The notes: generated from the sequence alone by a model not told the origin. Positions 13,706 through 26,360 are shown, counted from the first letter of the whole stretch. The stretch: 63,826 bases of DNA, filler included, from Octopus bimaculoides (GCF_001194135.2; 6 parts of 6 records of this genome joined end to end with filler, not necessarily neighbours in it), one strand, 5' to 3'. A program made the numbers and translations.

Positions 13706-14542
13706 ACACTCATACACGTGCGCAGGCAAACATATACATATATTTTTTGTTGTTTATTCCACGATCGATTTTGTCTAGATTTCTGATTAATGGCATTGCG
13801 GGCGAGACAATCCCACCTTTTTTTACTAATAATGTACCTAGGAATACATTTCATTTCCTTCATTTTTATGACAGTAAGGTATAATTTTAGGAAAATTTAC
13901 TATATTTCTAGCATGTCGACCGACTACATATGGATTCCTTTATTGTATTGCTTTTTTTCCTTTAGTAAAAAGACACTGCAAAAATATTTGCAATATTTGC
14001 AACAAACTAATAATCATTGTAACGTCTGCGGCGGTCTATTATTTCTTTTTTTTATTGCGAGCCATACCAATTGTGAACCAACCAATAGATTTTGTTGGCG
14101 TCTCGTAATCACAGAACATGAACAGAGTTGGTATAGTTTGTTTTTCTGTTTTTTTTTAAGTTGTTTTCTTTTTGCCAATTGTTAAAACTTGTAGTAATTA
14201 TATGCAAGCAACTACTAGAGGATTAACGATCACGTCTTTCGTACGTCCTGTTTCTGTCCTGCATACAGTGTATAAAACTTTAATGTTATTTGTATATGAA
14301 AGAGTAACATAATCGTAAACAGACGAAACTTTTAGACCGAGCGCTGTACACCTTATTATTACCTGCTCAAATTGTAAACTGTGTTGCAATAACTTTATCA
14401 CCAAATGCGTCTGAGTGTCTGTAGTTTAACCCCAAAGATAGACTCATTAGAAAGATCCTTGATTTCACACAAACATTGTTAGTCATGCAAATATTTAATT
14501 CTTCCAAACACAGAGATGAAGAAAGAGAAAGATATATAGGAG

Positions 14543-14592
<50 letters not shown>

Positions 14593-14619
14593 TGAGTATG
14601 ANNNNNNNNNNGAATGAGT

Positions 14620-14662
<43 letters not shown>

Positions 14663-17392
14663 TATTATTTGTATTAAGATGCATCGGAAGAATTTTCGAA
14701 ACGAAGTGGACTTATAAAGATTCCTTATAGTGTTTGCTCGGAGACACGATCTGCCTCACTTCAAATATGATGTAATTGTTGTGATCATTGTGCAATGAAT
14801 ATCTGTTGGCTAAAAATATGCAAACAGACGTCGATTGTCTCAAAAAAAAAACAAAGAAGGAAAAGCAACCGAGAATGGGAGAGTACATACTAGCGAAAAA
14901 TTATATTCATATGTTAATTTCGAGCAAAATCGAAACAGCTTTGTTAGAATAAATGACAACCTTAATGCAGTTTAAATGAGAAAACAGAGGCGCATAGTGA
15001 AATTTATAAATCCTAGTATCAAGCAATGACTGGCAGAATTCAGTAGAATGTTTGAGGAAAAGCTTCACAGCCAGCAAACAGCATTTTAGGTTACAACTGA
15101 ATTAATTTTCATTTACCATCTCTTTTGGGACTTTCCAAAATGTCATTAATTTCACGGTAATTTACCAATGTGAATAAAGCCATTAAGTTTAAATACATTC
15201 TATCTGCACGCATTCAACTAATGGTTGAAGATTCCACACTAACTTCTGAGGTTAATATCATAGGAAATAATAATTTACTATATCGAATGTGAAAATTGGT
15301 TACAATAAATATCATCAGAGAACAATAAGAGGATAAAGCTCTTGCTGACAAATATAGCAGTGTGAGAAGTGAATGGTTAAACTTGAGCAAATGAGAAGGC
15401 TTTTAGTGTAATGTATCGCTTAACTAAGATGTTTATTGTTTCATTCCTAGAATATCTTTTGAATAAGATTTAATTAAAAAAGATGATTAACTATCATGGT
15501 TCTGTTTCTGATCCTACATAATAGACTTACTTTAATTGATAACCGGGGGTCTCTACACGTCCGTTTAATCTGCGTGATATGGCCGCTAAATTTCTGTTAT
15601 GACATACACTTCTGTATTAATAAAAGGAAAGATATATAATACATAATATAAAAAAGGATGGATGGCCACGGCTTGGAAATTCTTTATATACTTGTGCTGT
15701 CCGTGCTAAGCTGAGGATGAACAACAATTTGTTTATAGGTTGAACCACTGCTATGAGGATATTTGCTAGCTAGAAATAGTAGGTAAATTACTTTCACATC
15801 GACCAATAAAAGGAAACTGACATTAGATAATAGGGTCCTATATACACAAAGCTTGAAAAAAGGGGGAAAAACAAATGGTAACGGTGAGAAGACATTTCAT
15901 CACAGGTTTGCACTTTGGTACTGACATGGAGGTAAACAGTAACAACAATGTGTTTCTTTGGTAATATAGCACAAGAAATACTGCACAGCGTCAGAAAGAG
16001 AGAGAGGGGGAGAGGGAGAGAGAGGGAGAGAGAGAGGGAGGGAGGGAGAGAGAGAGAGAGAGAGTGAGAGACAGAGAGAGACAGGCAGACAGACAGAGGA
16101 GAGGAATAGAAATAAAGAGAGAGAGAGAGGGGAACAGAAATAAAGTGAAAGAGAGAGCAAGAGTGAGAGAGAAGAATAGAAATAGAGAGAGAGAGAGAGG
16201 GAGGAATAGAAATAGAGAGTGAGAGAGAGGAATAAAAGAAAGAGAGAGAGAGAGATAGAACCATATAATAATTGCCTTTGGCAGTGAAAAGAAGAGCACT
16301 GAAATATAATATAATGTCTATTCTAACACTTCTCGTCTTGTTATTGCATTTAACGTCGGTTTGGCCCTGCACTGATGGATCAGATATTACAGTTTCTATT
16401 TTCCAGTTTATGTCCGCATTATCCATTGCGTCATTCTTTTTACGAGTAAGGTTAGAAGAAGACTTAGCTGCTATTTTTAGTAAGTCAAGTGATATCCACC
16501 GACCCTCACCCCGAAGCGATTCCCTCATTCGTTCGTTACTATTATTTTGCAAATTCCATAAAGAGAAAATAGAAATGAAATTAAAAACTCAACGTTTAGT
16601 TCTATTTTACATAAAATTACCATTATATTGAATAAGATATTACAAACGTATCTAATACAAATAACAATGTACGTATCGGAGTATGGAAATTTAAAATATC
16701 TCACCCCTTATATCAAATATTTTAATATCTAATTTCTTACAGAAAATATCTAATGTTTGATTGTGTTTCTTCAGAAGATAACTTTCCCGCACGAGCTCTA
16801 ACTGGTTAGAATCTAACCAACCTCTGACGGACATTAATTTTCTTTATCTTCCATGTGTTACTGACACAATGTTCACTCTTTTGTGAGGAATTAAATGCCG
16901 GAATCTAATGTTAAGATACGGCTTAGGACAATAGCTTGATGGCAAAAACAGCACATCCAGTTAATGAATTAATGAAGAATTAGATTCGACCACCTGAAGA
17001 CGATTGAAAAGGATACAGAACTAAACAATAAGTCAGAAACACACTGAAGGGGAAGAAAGCAGACAACTCCTACAGGGATCGCTGTTCCACGTTTATGTGT
17101 ACATGAATGTGTTATTAATGATGTACAAATCGTTACTTTGATCTTTGTTCATTCCAGTGCGTAGACTGACACACACATAGATATATATTATGGTCAATAA
17201 ATGAGACAGAAAGAACACATAAAGGATATGATTGACACCTGAGAAGTTGGAAATGAAAATCTTAATATTTCGGAAATATTTTTTTCATCATGGCGTACAA
17301 GAGAATTATAGAGAGATAGCAAAACAGATTAGTAATGAGTGGTAACTTTAAACAGAGCAAAAAAATAAAACAAAATTACAGAATTAAATTCA

Positions 17393-17444
<52 letters not shown>

Positions 17445-18070
17445 NNNNNNNNNNNNNNNNNNNNNNNNNNNNNNNNNNNNNNNNNNNNNNNNNNNNNNNN
17501 NNNNNNNNNNNNNNNNNNNNNNNNNNNNNNNNNNNNNNNNNNNNNNNNNNNNNNNNNNNNNNNNNNNNNNNNNNNNNNNNNNNNNNNNNNNNNNNNNNNN
17601 NNNNNNNNNNNNNNNNNNNNNNNNNNNNNNNNNNNNNNNNNNNNNNNNNNNNNNNNNNNNNNNNNNNNNNNNNNNNNNNNNNNNNNNNNNNNNNNNNNNN
17701 NNNNNNNNNNNNNNNNNNNNNNNNNNNNNNNNNNNNNNNNNNNNNNNNNNNNNNNNNNNNNNNNNNNNNNNNNNNNNNNNNNNNNNNNNNNNNNNNNNNN
17801 NNNNNNNNNNNNNNNNNNNNNNNNNNNNNNNNNNNNNNNNNNNNNNNNNNNNNNNNNNNNNNNNNNNNNNNNNNNNNNNNNNNNNNNNNNNNNNNNNNNN
17901 NNNNNNNNNNNNNNNNNNNNNNNNNNNNNNNNNNNNNNNNNNNNNNNNNNNNNNNNNNNNNNNNNNNNNNNNNNNNNNNNNNNNNNNNNNNNNNNNNNNN
18001 NNNNNNNNNNNNNNNNNNNNNNNNNNNNNNNNNNNNNNATATATATATATATGGTGAGCTGGGGTGTGAA

Positions 18071-18900
18071 GTTAGAGTCATCCCCAATATATTTTTTTTC
18101 CAGTTGCATGAAATAAAAATCGGAGTGGGGCTGGATAAACTACATGCATCAACTTGCTATAAAATCAGGCAGTAATTTTACCTTGTACTTATACTTAGTG
18201 CAAATTTTGAAGAGTGCAGTTCGATTTTAAAAGTTATTTTTCCAAAGCTATAATCGAAGTGACAAAGGAGCATATTCAGCATATTTTGCTTTATGAGTTC
18301 TATAAAGGCAACAACGCAACTGTAAGTGCGAGGAATATTAATGCAGTATATGGTGATTGGACAATAAGCGTAAGTCAGTGTCAACGGTGGTTCCAGAAAT
18401 TCCAAACCGAAAACTACAGCCTAGTAGACGAGCCTTGTCCTAGAAGATTTGTAGAGCTCGACGAAACGTCCTGCAAACTCTGGTGGAACAAATCCCATCG
18501 TAACTATTATGGAAGTAGCAGAAAAGCTTGGATTTGGTCATTCAACCATTCATCGACACCAGCGCTAGAAGAAAAACAAGCATCCTTGGTTTCAAGATGA
18601 AAAGTGTTCTTCCATGAGGATAATGCTCGACCACATGCAGCGAGGATGACATTCCAAAGGCTGGGGCACTTTGAATGGGAAACGACGCCCCATCCATCAT
18701 ATTCGCCGGACATTGACCCTTCTGATTATCATTTATTCCGCAGTTTTCAAAATCATTTGGACAGAAAAAATATGAATCATGTAGACGAGGTCAGAAGAGT
18801 ACTAGAGGAGTATTTTTCGTCACGGACAAGTGAATTTTGGAAGAGGGGCCTTGCAAGTCTACCAGACAGATAGAAGAGCATTGCAAAAAATGAAGGTGTT
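18071..18900 (+). mobile_element. Internally deleted mariner (Mos1/SETMAR-like) element
   Basis: N-terminal HTH EVTKEHIQHILLYEFYKGNNAT...CQRWFQKF, a frameshift near 18470 into VLQTLVEQNP...GHSTIHRH, then an abrupt junction (~18560) to ALEEKQASLVSR*KVFFHEDNARPH...YSPDIDPSDYHLF (D34D). The WVPHEL linker and first catalytic D are missing. Probable left TIR near 18071. Confidence 0.92.
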
Positions 18901-19960
18901 CTTTCTAGCGTAAGGGATCCCATGAGTGGATTCCTCTTATGTATTTAAATATACACTGTACCTTATGAGTAATTCATAGTTTTTGGACTAAACTTCTATA
19001 CGCTAGGCTACCTGGAAGTGAAAATTTTTATTAATTTTCATTTCCCTTTAATATGATTAAGTNNNNNNNNNNNNNNNNNNNNNNNNNNNNNNNNNNNNNN
19101 NNNNNNNNNNNNNNNNNNNNNNNNNNNNNNNNNNNNNNNNNNNNNNNNNNNNNNNNNNNNNNNNNNNNNNNNNNNNNNNNNNNNNNNNNNNNNNNNNNNN
19201 NNNNNNNNNNNNNNNNNNNNNNNNNNNNNNNNNNNNNNNNNNNNNNNNNNNNNNNNNNNNNNNNNNNNNNNNNNNNNNNNNNNNNNNNNNNNNNNNNNNN
19301 NNNNNNNNNNNNNNNNNNNNNNNNNNNNNNNNNNNNNNNNNNNNNNNNNNNNNNNNNNNNNNNNNNNNNNNNNNNNNNNNNNNNNNNNNNNNNNNNNNNN
19401 NNNNNNNNNNNNNNNNNNNNNNNNNNNNNNNNNNNNNNNNNNNNNNNNNNNNNNNNNNNNNNNNNNNNNNNNNNNNNNNNNNNNNNNNNNNNNNNNNNNN
19501 NNNNNNNNNNNNNNNNNNNNNNNNNNNNNNNNNNNNNNNNNNNNNNNNNNNNNNNNNNNNNNNNNNNNNNNNNNNNNNNNNNNNNNNNNNNNNNNNNNNN
19601 NNNNNNNNNNNNNNNNNNNNNNNNNNNNNNNNNNNNNNNNNNNNNNNNNNNNNNNNNNNNNNNNNNNNNNNNNNNNNNNNNNNNNNNNNNNNNNNNNNNN
19701 NNNNNNNNNNNNNNNNNNNNNNNNNNNNNNNNNNNNNNNNNNNNNNNNNNNNNNNNNNNNNNNNNNNNNNNNNNNNNNNNNNNNNNNNNNNNNNNNNNNN
19801 NNNNNNNNNNNNNNNNNNNNNNNNNNNNNNNNNNNNNNNNNNNNNNNNNNNNNNNNNNNNNNNNNNNNNNNNNNNNNNNNNNNNNNNNNNNNNNNNNNNN
19901 NNNNNNNNNNNNNNNNNNNNNNNNNNNNNNNNNNNNNNNNNNNNNNNNNNNNNNNNNNNN

Positions 19961-20014
<54 letters not shown>

Positions 20015-20562
20015 AATAATAAGAAGCAGAAAACAGGCGTGATATTTGATGTTTTAAATGACACACGCTTACTTAAAATGCCGAAATAATTACATAACCG
20101 TAGCAGAAACATAATGCAATCATTCACTTAGCCTCATCAGTGTCCCGCAATAAAGACACCAATCGATGAGAATGCTCCAAATATCTACAATTTTTCCTCG
20201 TTATGCAAATATCTATAGCCTCGCTTGTCACATAAAATAACGGGGCACAAAGTATTATGTCAATGAAGTTCGAACGATACCATCTCTCTCTCTCTCTCTC
20301 TCTTTCTTAAAGGAGAAGGAGGAGAAGGAGCTTATAAAACCATACAAAAAAAAAGGAAAAAAGCTAGTTTATGACATGAGCTGACCTGCTGTCAGTTTGG
20401 TCCGTGTTCTTCTGTCCCCTTTTACAGGTTTTTAATGGTTTTATAAGTTTCTCTTCTCTCACACGTTTTTCTTTCCCTCCATCTCTCTATCTCGCTCTTC
20501 TCTATTTGTCTGTTTCTCTCTCTCACTCACTCTCCCTTTCTCTCTCTCTCTCTCTCACTCTC

Positions 20563-20625
<63 letters not shown>

Positions 20626-21431
20626 NNNNNNNNNNNNNNNNNNNNNNNNNNNNNNNNNNNNNNNNNNNNNNNNNNNNNNNNNNNNNNNNNNNNNNNNNNN
20701 NNNNNNNNNNNNNNNNNNNNNNNNNNNNNNNNNNNNNNNNNNNNNNNNNNNNNNNNNNNNNNNNNNNNNNNNNNNNNNNNNNNNNNNNNNNNNNNNNNNN
20801 NNNNNNNNNNNNNNNNNNNNNNNNNNNNNNNNNNNNNNNNNNNNNNNNNNNNNNNNNNNNNNNNNNNNNNNNNNNNNNNNNNNNNNNNNNNNNNNNNNNN
20901 NNNNNNNNNNNNNNNNNNNNNNNNNNNNNNNNNNNNNNNNNNNNNNNNNNNNNNNNNNNNNNNNNNNNNNNNNNNNNNNNNNNNNNNNNNNNNNNNNNNN
21001 NNNNNNNNNNNNNNNNNNNNNNNNNNNNNNNNNNNNNNNNNNNNNNNNNNNNNNNNNNNNNNNNNNNNNNNNNNNNNNNNNNNNNNNNNNNNNNNNNNNN
21101 NNNNNNNNNNNNNNNNNNNNNNNNNNNNNNNNNNNNNNNNNNNNNNNNNNNNNNNNNNNNNNNNNNNNNNNNNNNNNNNNNNNNNNNNNNNNNNNNNNNN
21201 NNNNNNNNNNNNNNNNNNNNNNNNNNNNNNNNNNNNNNNNNNNNNNNNNNNNNNNNNNNNNNNNNNNNNNNNNNNNNNNNNNNNNNNNNNNNNNNNNNNN
21301 NNNNNNNNNNNNNNNNNNNNNNNNNNNNNNNNNNNNNNNNNNNNNNNNNNNNNNNNNNNNNNNNNNNNNNNNNNNNNNNNNNNNNNNNNNNNNNNNNNNN
21401 NNNNNNNNNNNNNNNNNNNNNNNNNNNNNNN

Positions 21432-21806
21432 GTGCCGACTACATAAACAAACGATTCTGAAACAATTAACCCTAACCCTAACCCTAGGGTTAGAGTTAGG
21501 GTTAGGCTTAGGCTTAGGCTTAGGCTTAGGGTTAAAGCAAATTTAAAATGAAAAAAGCAAATAAAACGAAGAATCGTTTGTTTATGTAGTCGGCATTTAA
21601 TGTATATCGGCTGAGTGGACGTCAGTGATTGGTTGAAATTATCGAAATAAGACAATTTTTTACATGAAATAAATTCGAATACAAAAATATTTTTCTGTTC
21701 TATAACACAAAATAGATAAGTATACGAAGTTTGAAAGTCTTTCGGTACCAAAAACACTACGTAAAACATTAATGAAAAATGTGGCCCCCGTTTTAAAAAA
21801 GATCCC
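21432..21806. mobile_element. Foldback DNA element with central telomere-like palindrome (left arm lost in gap)
   Basis: Perfect 26-bp IR at 21433-21458 / 21570-21595 encloses (CCCTAA)3-(TTAGGG/TTAGAG/TTAGGC)n. The right arm continues to a GGGGGCCAC/GATCCC-type terminus at 21806. Confidence 0.7.
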
Positions 21807-21862
21807 ACATACACACACACACAAATTCATACATATGCGCATATATATATATATATACAGTC

Positions 21863-22245
21863 GTAGGAGTAGCTGTGTGGTAAGTAGCTTGCTTACCAGC
21901 CACACGGTTCCAGGTTCAGTCCCATTGCGTGGCACCCTGGGCAAGTGTCTTCTACTATAGCTTCGGGCCGACGAAAGCCTTGTGAGTGGATTTAGTAGAC
22001 GGAAACTGAAAGAAGCCCGTCGTATATATGTGTATATATATGTATGTGTGTGTATATGCTTGTATGTCTGTGTTTGTCCCCCCAACATCGCTTGACAGTC
22101 GATGCTGGTGTGTTTACGTCCCCGTAACCGTAGAATAAGTACTAGGCTTACAAAGAATAAGTCCTGGGGTCGATTTGCTCGACTAAAGGCAGTGCTCCAG
22201 CATGGCCACAGTCAAATGACTGAAACAAGTAAAAGAGTAAAAGAG
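21863..22245 (+). mobile_element. SINE family B (CORE-type), near full length
   Basis: A box TAGCTGTGTGG, B box GGTTCAGTCCC, CORE-like CCCTGGGCAAGTGTCTTCT, internal microsatellite, tail GAAACAAGTAAAAGAG. Confidence 0.92.
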
Positions 22246-22558
22246 AAAGATAAATATATATATACACACACACATTCACATATATGCATGTCTATTTCAT
22301 ACAATTCTATATTATGTATGTGGAAGTGTATGTGTGTGTGCGTGCGTGCGTGCGTGTGTGCATGCGTGCGTGCGTGTGTGTACGCGCGCGTGTATGTAAA
22401 TATGTTTTTACCATTCAAAAAATCGTTTTCCCAAGAGGTCGTTGCTTTTGTGCTTAGCAAACAAGTCTAGAGAAATCGAGAGAAATCGACGGCTGATTAC
22501 GAATGAAAAAAATACACTGTGAAAATGAAATTCAATCGTTCGCAAATTCTCTTCTTCG

Positions 22559-22848
22559 TGTTGGGAAGTTATGTTCACTTAGACGTACAGACTGGCAAAA
22601 CTTTCGGATAACATTGACTCATACATTATTTGAAACATGGGTAAATCTTGTTCTATATTTAAGAGATGGGGAATTATGTACATTTATATACATTGTTTAC
22701 ATTATTTACAATTGACAGATATTTGTCCTCCTCGTCTTGTTTGTTGTTAACACAACGTTTCGGCTGGTATACCCTCCAGCCTTCATCAGGTGTCTTGGAA
22801 AAATTTCGAACCTGGGTTCTCATTCCTAAGGTATTTATTGATGTTATT
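22559..22848 (-). mobile_element. Penelope-like / retrozyme-like repeat with hammerhead motif (left arm of inverted pair)
   Basis: Reverse complement of 23363-23655 with only a handful of substitutions. Confidence 0.85.
22749..22794 (-). ncRNA. Minimal type I hammerhead ribozyme motif
   Basis: On the minus strand: GACAC-CUGAUGA-A-GGCUGG[AGGGUAUA]CCAGCC-GAA-ACGU-U-GUGUU. Confidence 0.7.
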
Positions 22849-23362
22849 ATTATCATTATTATTATTATTATTNNNNNNNNNNNNNNNNNNNNNNNNNNNN
22901 NNNNNNNNNNNNNNNNNNNNNNNNNNNNNNNNNNNNNNNNNNNNNNNNNNNNNNNNNNNNNNNNNNNNNNNNNNNNNNNNNNNNNNNNNNNNNNNNNNNN
23001 NNNNNNNNNNNNNNNNNNNNNNNNNNNNNNNNNNNNNNNNNNNNNNNNNNNNNNNNNNNNNNNNNNNNNNNNNNNNNNNNNNNNNNNNNNNNNNNNNNNN
23101 NNNNNNNNNNNNNNNNNNNNNNNNNNNNNNNNNNNNNNNNNNNNNNNNNNNNNNNNNNNNNNNNNNNNNNNNNNNNNNNNNNNNNNNNNNNNNNNNNNNN
23201 NNNNNNNNNNNNNNNNNNNNNNNNNNNNNNNNNNNNNNNNNNNNNNNNNNNNNNNNNNNNNNNNNNNNNNNNNNNNNNNNNNNNNNNNNNNNNNNNNNNN
23301 NNNNNNNNNNNNNNNNNNNNNNNNNNNNNNNNNNNNNNNNNNNNNNNNNNNNNNNNNNNNNN

Positions 23363-23760
23363 AATGACAACATCGAAAAATACCTTAGGAATGAGAACCC
23401 AGGTTCGAAATTTCTCCAAGACACCTGATGAAGGCTGGAGGGTATACCAGCCGAAACGTTGTGTTAACAACAAACAAGACGAGGAGGACAAATATCTGTC
23501 AATTGTAAATAATGTAAATAATGTATATAAATGTACATAATTCCCCATCTCTTAAATATAGAACAAGATTGACCCATGTTTCAAATAATGTATGGGTCAA
23601 TGTTATCCGAAAGTTTTGCCAGTCTGTACGTCTAAGTGAACATAACTTCCCAACAACAAACAAGACGAGGACAAATATCCGTCAATTGTAAATAATGTAC
23701 ATAAATGTGCATAATTCCCTATCTCTTAAATATAGAATAACATTGACCCATGTTTCAAAT
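23363..23760 (+). mobile_element. Penelope-like / retrozyme-like repeat with hammerhead motif, plus partial tandem second unit
   Basis: CCTTAGGAATGAGAACCCAGG...CTGATGAAGG...CCGAAACG. 23655-23757 repeats 23468-23585 (period ~187 bp). Confidence 0.85.
23420..23465 (+). ncRNA. Minimal type I hammerhead ribozyme motif
   Basis: Stem I GACAC/GUGUU, core CUGAUGA, 6-bp stem II GGCUGG/CCAGCC, GAA, palindromic ACGU mini stem III, GUU cleavage triplet. Confidence 0.72.
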
Positions 23761-23817
23761 CCACCATTTGGCGATATATTTTCCTTTTCCGCATAGCAAG
23801 TAAAGACGCGAAACCAA

Positions 23818-23884
<67 letters not shown>

Positions 23885-24326
23885 TGTCAGCAGACTCTAA
23901 CAAAATTATAAAGCTCACTTATCTAGATAGAGAACGAGATTTCTTGACTTTGTGTAGTTTAGAAAAATGAGATATGAAGCATCATTACTCAGAGCAATAT
24001 GTTGTTAAGGCACTCCAGCTCTACTTTTTGGACAAGTGCAAGAAAATTAGGATACACCAGACAAGAGCAAGAAAACTAAGATACAAATAGTCATTTCTTC
24101 ATGCTTCCAGTACCATTTCACAGTATCTTATCCTTATGTGCATCCTGGAAATATGCTGAACATATATTGTTCTGCATTCTGTCAGTGAATGTATCTTCTT
24201 GAATATTTGGTCTTAGAACTTTATAAGAATTTTTATATAGGCTGGTGTATGCGTGTCTGTGAGCGTGTTTGAGAGTGCATGCTCCACGTACGTACGTATG
24301 TATGTTTTTTTGTTTGTTTTTTTTTT

Positions 24327-24528
24327 TACTTGTTTCAGTCATTTGACTGCAGCCATGCTGGAGCACCGCCTTTAGTCGAAACAAATCGACCCCAGGACTT
24401 ATTCTTTGTAAGTCTAGTACTTATTCTATCAGTCTCTTTTTGCCGAACCGCTAAGTTACGGGGACCTAAACACACCAGCATCGGTTGTCAAGCGATGTTG
24501 GGGGGACAAACACAGATACACAACATAT

Positions 24529-24571
<43 letters not shown>

Positions 24572-24838
24572 NNNNNNNNNNNNNNNNNNNNNNNNNNNNN
24601 NNNNNNNNNNNNNNNNNNNNNNNNNNNNNNNNNNNNNNNNNNNNNNNNNNNNNNNNNNNNNNNNNNNNNNNTATATACGACGGGCTTCTTTCAGTTTTCC
24701 GTCTACCAAATCCACTCACAAGGCTTTGGTCGGCCCGAGGCTATAGTAGAAGACACTTGCCAAAGGTGCCACGCAGTGGGACTGAACCCGGAACCATGTG
24801 GTTGGTAAGCAAGCTACTTACCACACAGCCACTCCTGC
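24327..24838 (-). mobile_element. SINE family B, full length (gap inside internal TA repeat)
   Basis: Antisense match to the 21863 copy from tail (tacttgtttcagtcatttgac) to head (ccacacagccactcc). Confidence 0.92.
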
Positions 24839-25105
24839 AAAATTTTAAAGCATATTTTTACTCTTAAGTAAAATTAAAACTATTTGATACAATTCTATCT
24901 TCATCCTTCTTTGTTAAGCACCTCAACCAAACTATTTATAACTCTCCACCTCAGCTCCACCGCTCCCTTCTCTCTTTCTTTCTCTCTATCTCAGTCCCTT
25001 TTAACTACATATACGTACATGCACACACACATATACATATAGAAACATGTATATAGTATGCATGTATACACACTTATATATACATATATATGTGCGTGTG
25101 TGTAC

Positions 25106-25177
<72 letters not shown>

Positions 25178-26325
25178 GTACACACATATACATACAAATT
25201 TATATATTGTATGTATATTCATACGTTTGTGTGAATATGAATACACACACACATATATGCATATATGTGTATCTATCTATATATATATCAATGCATGTAT
25301 TCATATATGTATTTATTTATGTATATGGATATCTGCGCCCACCCACACACACTATCTCTTATGCAAACACCACACTGCCATACAGTCAGTACTACTCTTT
25401 TAACTTTTTCAAACTTAGATTACATTTCATAATCTTTGGACTTTTCACGTCGCTAAGTTTGTGATGATACTCCCAAGATAAGCATGGGATCGGATTATTA
25501 AAATATGTTTTCACATATACAGCTGTGCTTCGAAAATTCACTTATATCGTTCTTGGGAAGAGGGAAAAATAATGCATATGGCATATTTTACACGCCTGCA
25601 TCCATCGATCGATCTATCCATCCATCCATCCATCCACCCATAGATACATACATACATACATACATACATACATAAGGAATGCTCCATCTTTACTGATGAT
25701 TGACGTCTCTTGTGCTTCTTAGTGGTCAATATCATTTCTGACTTTCCATCCAAGACCCCTCTTTAACTGTTGACTTCCGTTGCAGGCGTGGACATTTTGA
25801 AGCACAGGTGACAGAAGAACGTTGTAACTTACTGCGCGTTTCCATCTGCTTAGATCTGCACACGTCACCACTCTTCTATCGCCATAGGACATTCGGTAGA
25901 TGGAATGATAAATGAAGTCAGCATAAAGTGACATCTGTACATAATTGCATTATCGTGATAAAGTTTGCACAACACAGATACTACTGTCTGAGTCTCATGA
26001 TTAGTATCTAGTGACAGGCCAAAGGGAGATGACCAGTAATCACTTCAAACCGCAGGTTTTACACCAGTGTCTATCTCTTAGAAGAATGCTGTAAACGATA
26101 CTGTGATATGCATATCCTACGTGTTGGAAGTGTGCTTCTCAGGAATTACTTTCTCCCTCAAGACCTCCCCATACAACCCCAAATCATCAGGACAAGCATA
26201 CCTCAAAGAAGACGTGGAAATAAACTCTCACCAACAACGCAGAATGCTTCATGTCTTCCTTCAACGAAGCTTTGAAGCAGAAACGCTTCAAACAGATATG
26301 TATGTATATATAATGTATGTATGTA

Positions 26326-26360
<35 letters not shown>

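Noticed and set aside
16272-16631. ORF with apparent signal peptide MSILTLLVLLLHLTSVWPC and a GTAAG donor
   Set aside because: The 3' part including the donor lies in a decayed family F repeat (gacttagctgctatttttag); no recognisable homology.
16993-17025. CTGAAGA-CGATTG...CAGAAC hammerhead-like remnant
   Set aside because: Stem II and GAAA are incomplete; too degenerate to support.
21466-21535. Chromosome end-to-end fusion scar
   Set aside because: Polarity is CCCTAA then TTAGGG, opposite to a fusion, and it sits inside an inverted-repeat element.
17329-21820. Long 240-420 aa ORFs in the track (and similar ones at 39-42, 50, 57-59 and 61 kb)
   Set aside because: They span N-gaps and dinucleotide repeats; they are artefacts.
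22559-23760. CRISPR-like or prokaryotic repeat array
   Set aside because: No regularly spaced short repeats with unique spacers and no cas genes; eukaryotic TE context.
26187-26300. KRFCFKASLKEDMK, reminiscent of an RTE C-terminus
   Set aside because: Too short, with no flanking RT motifs.
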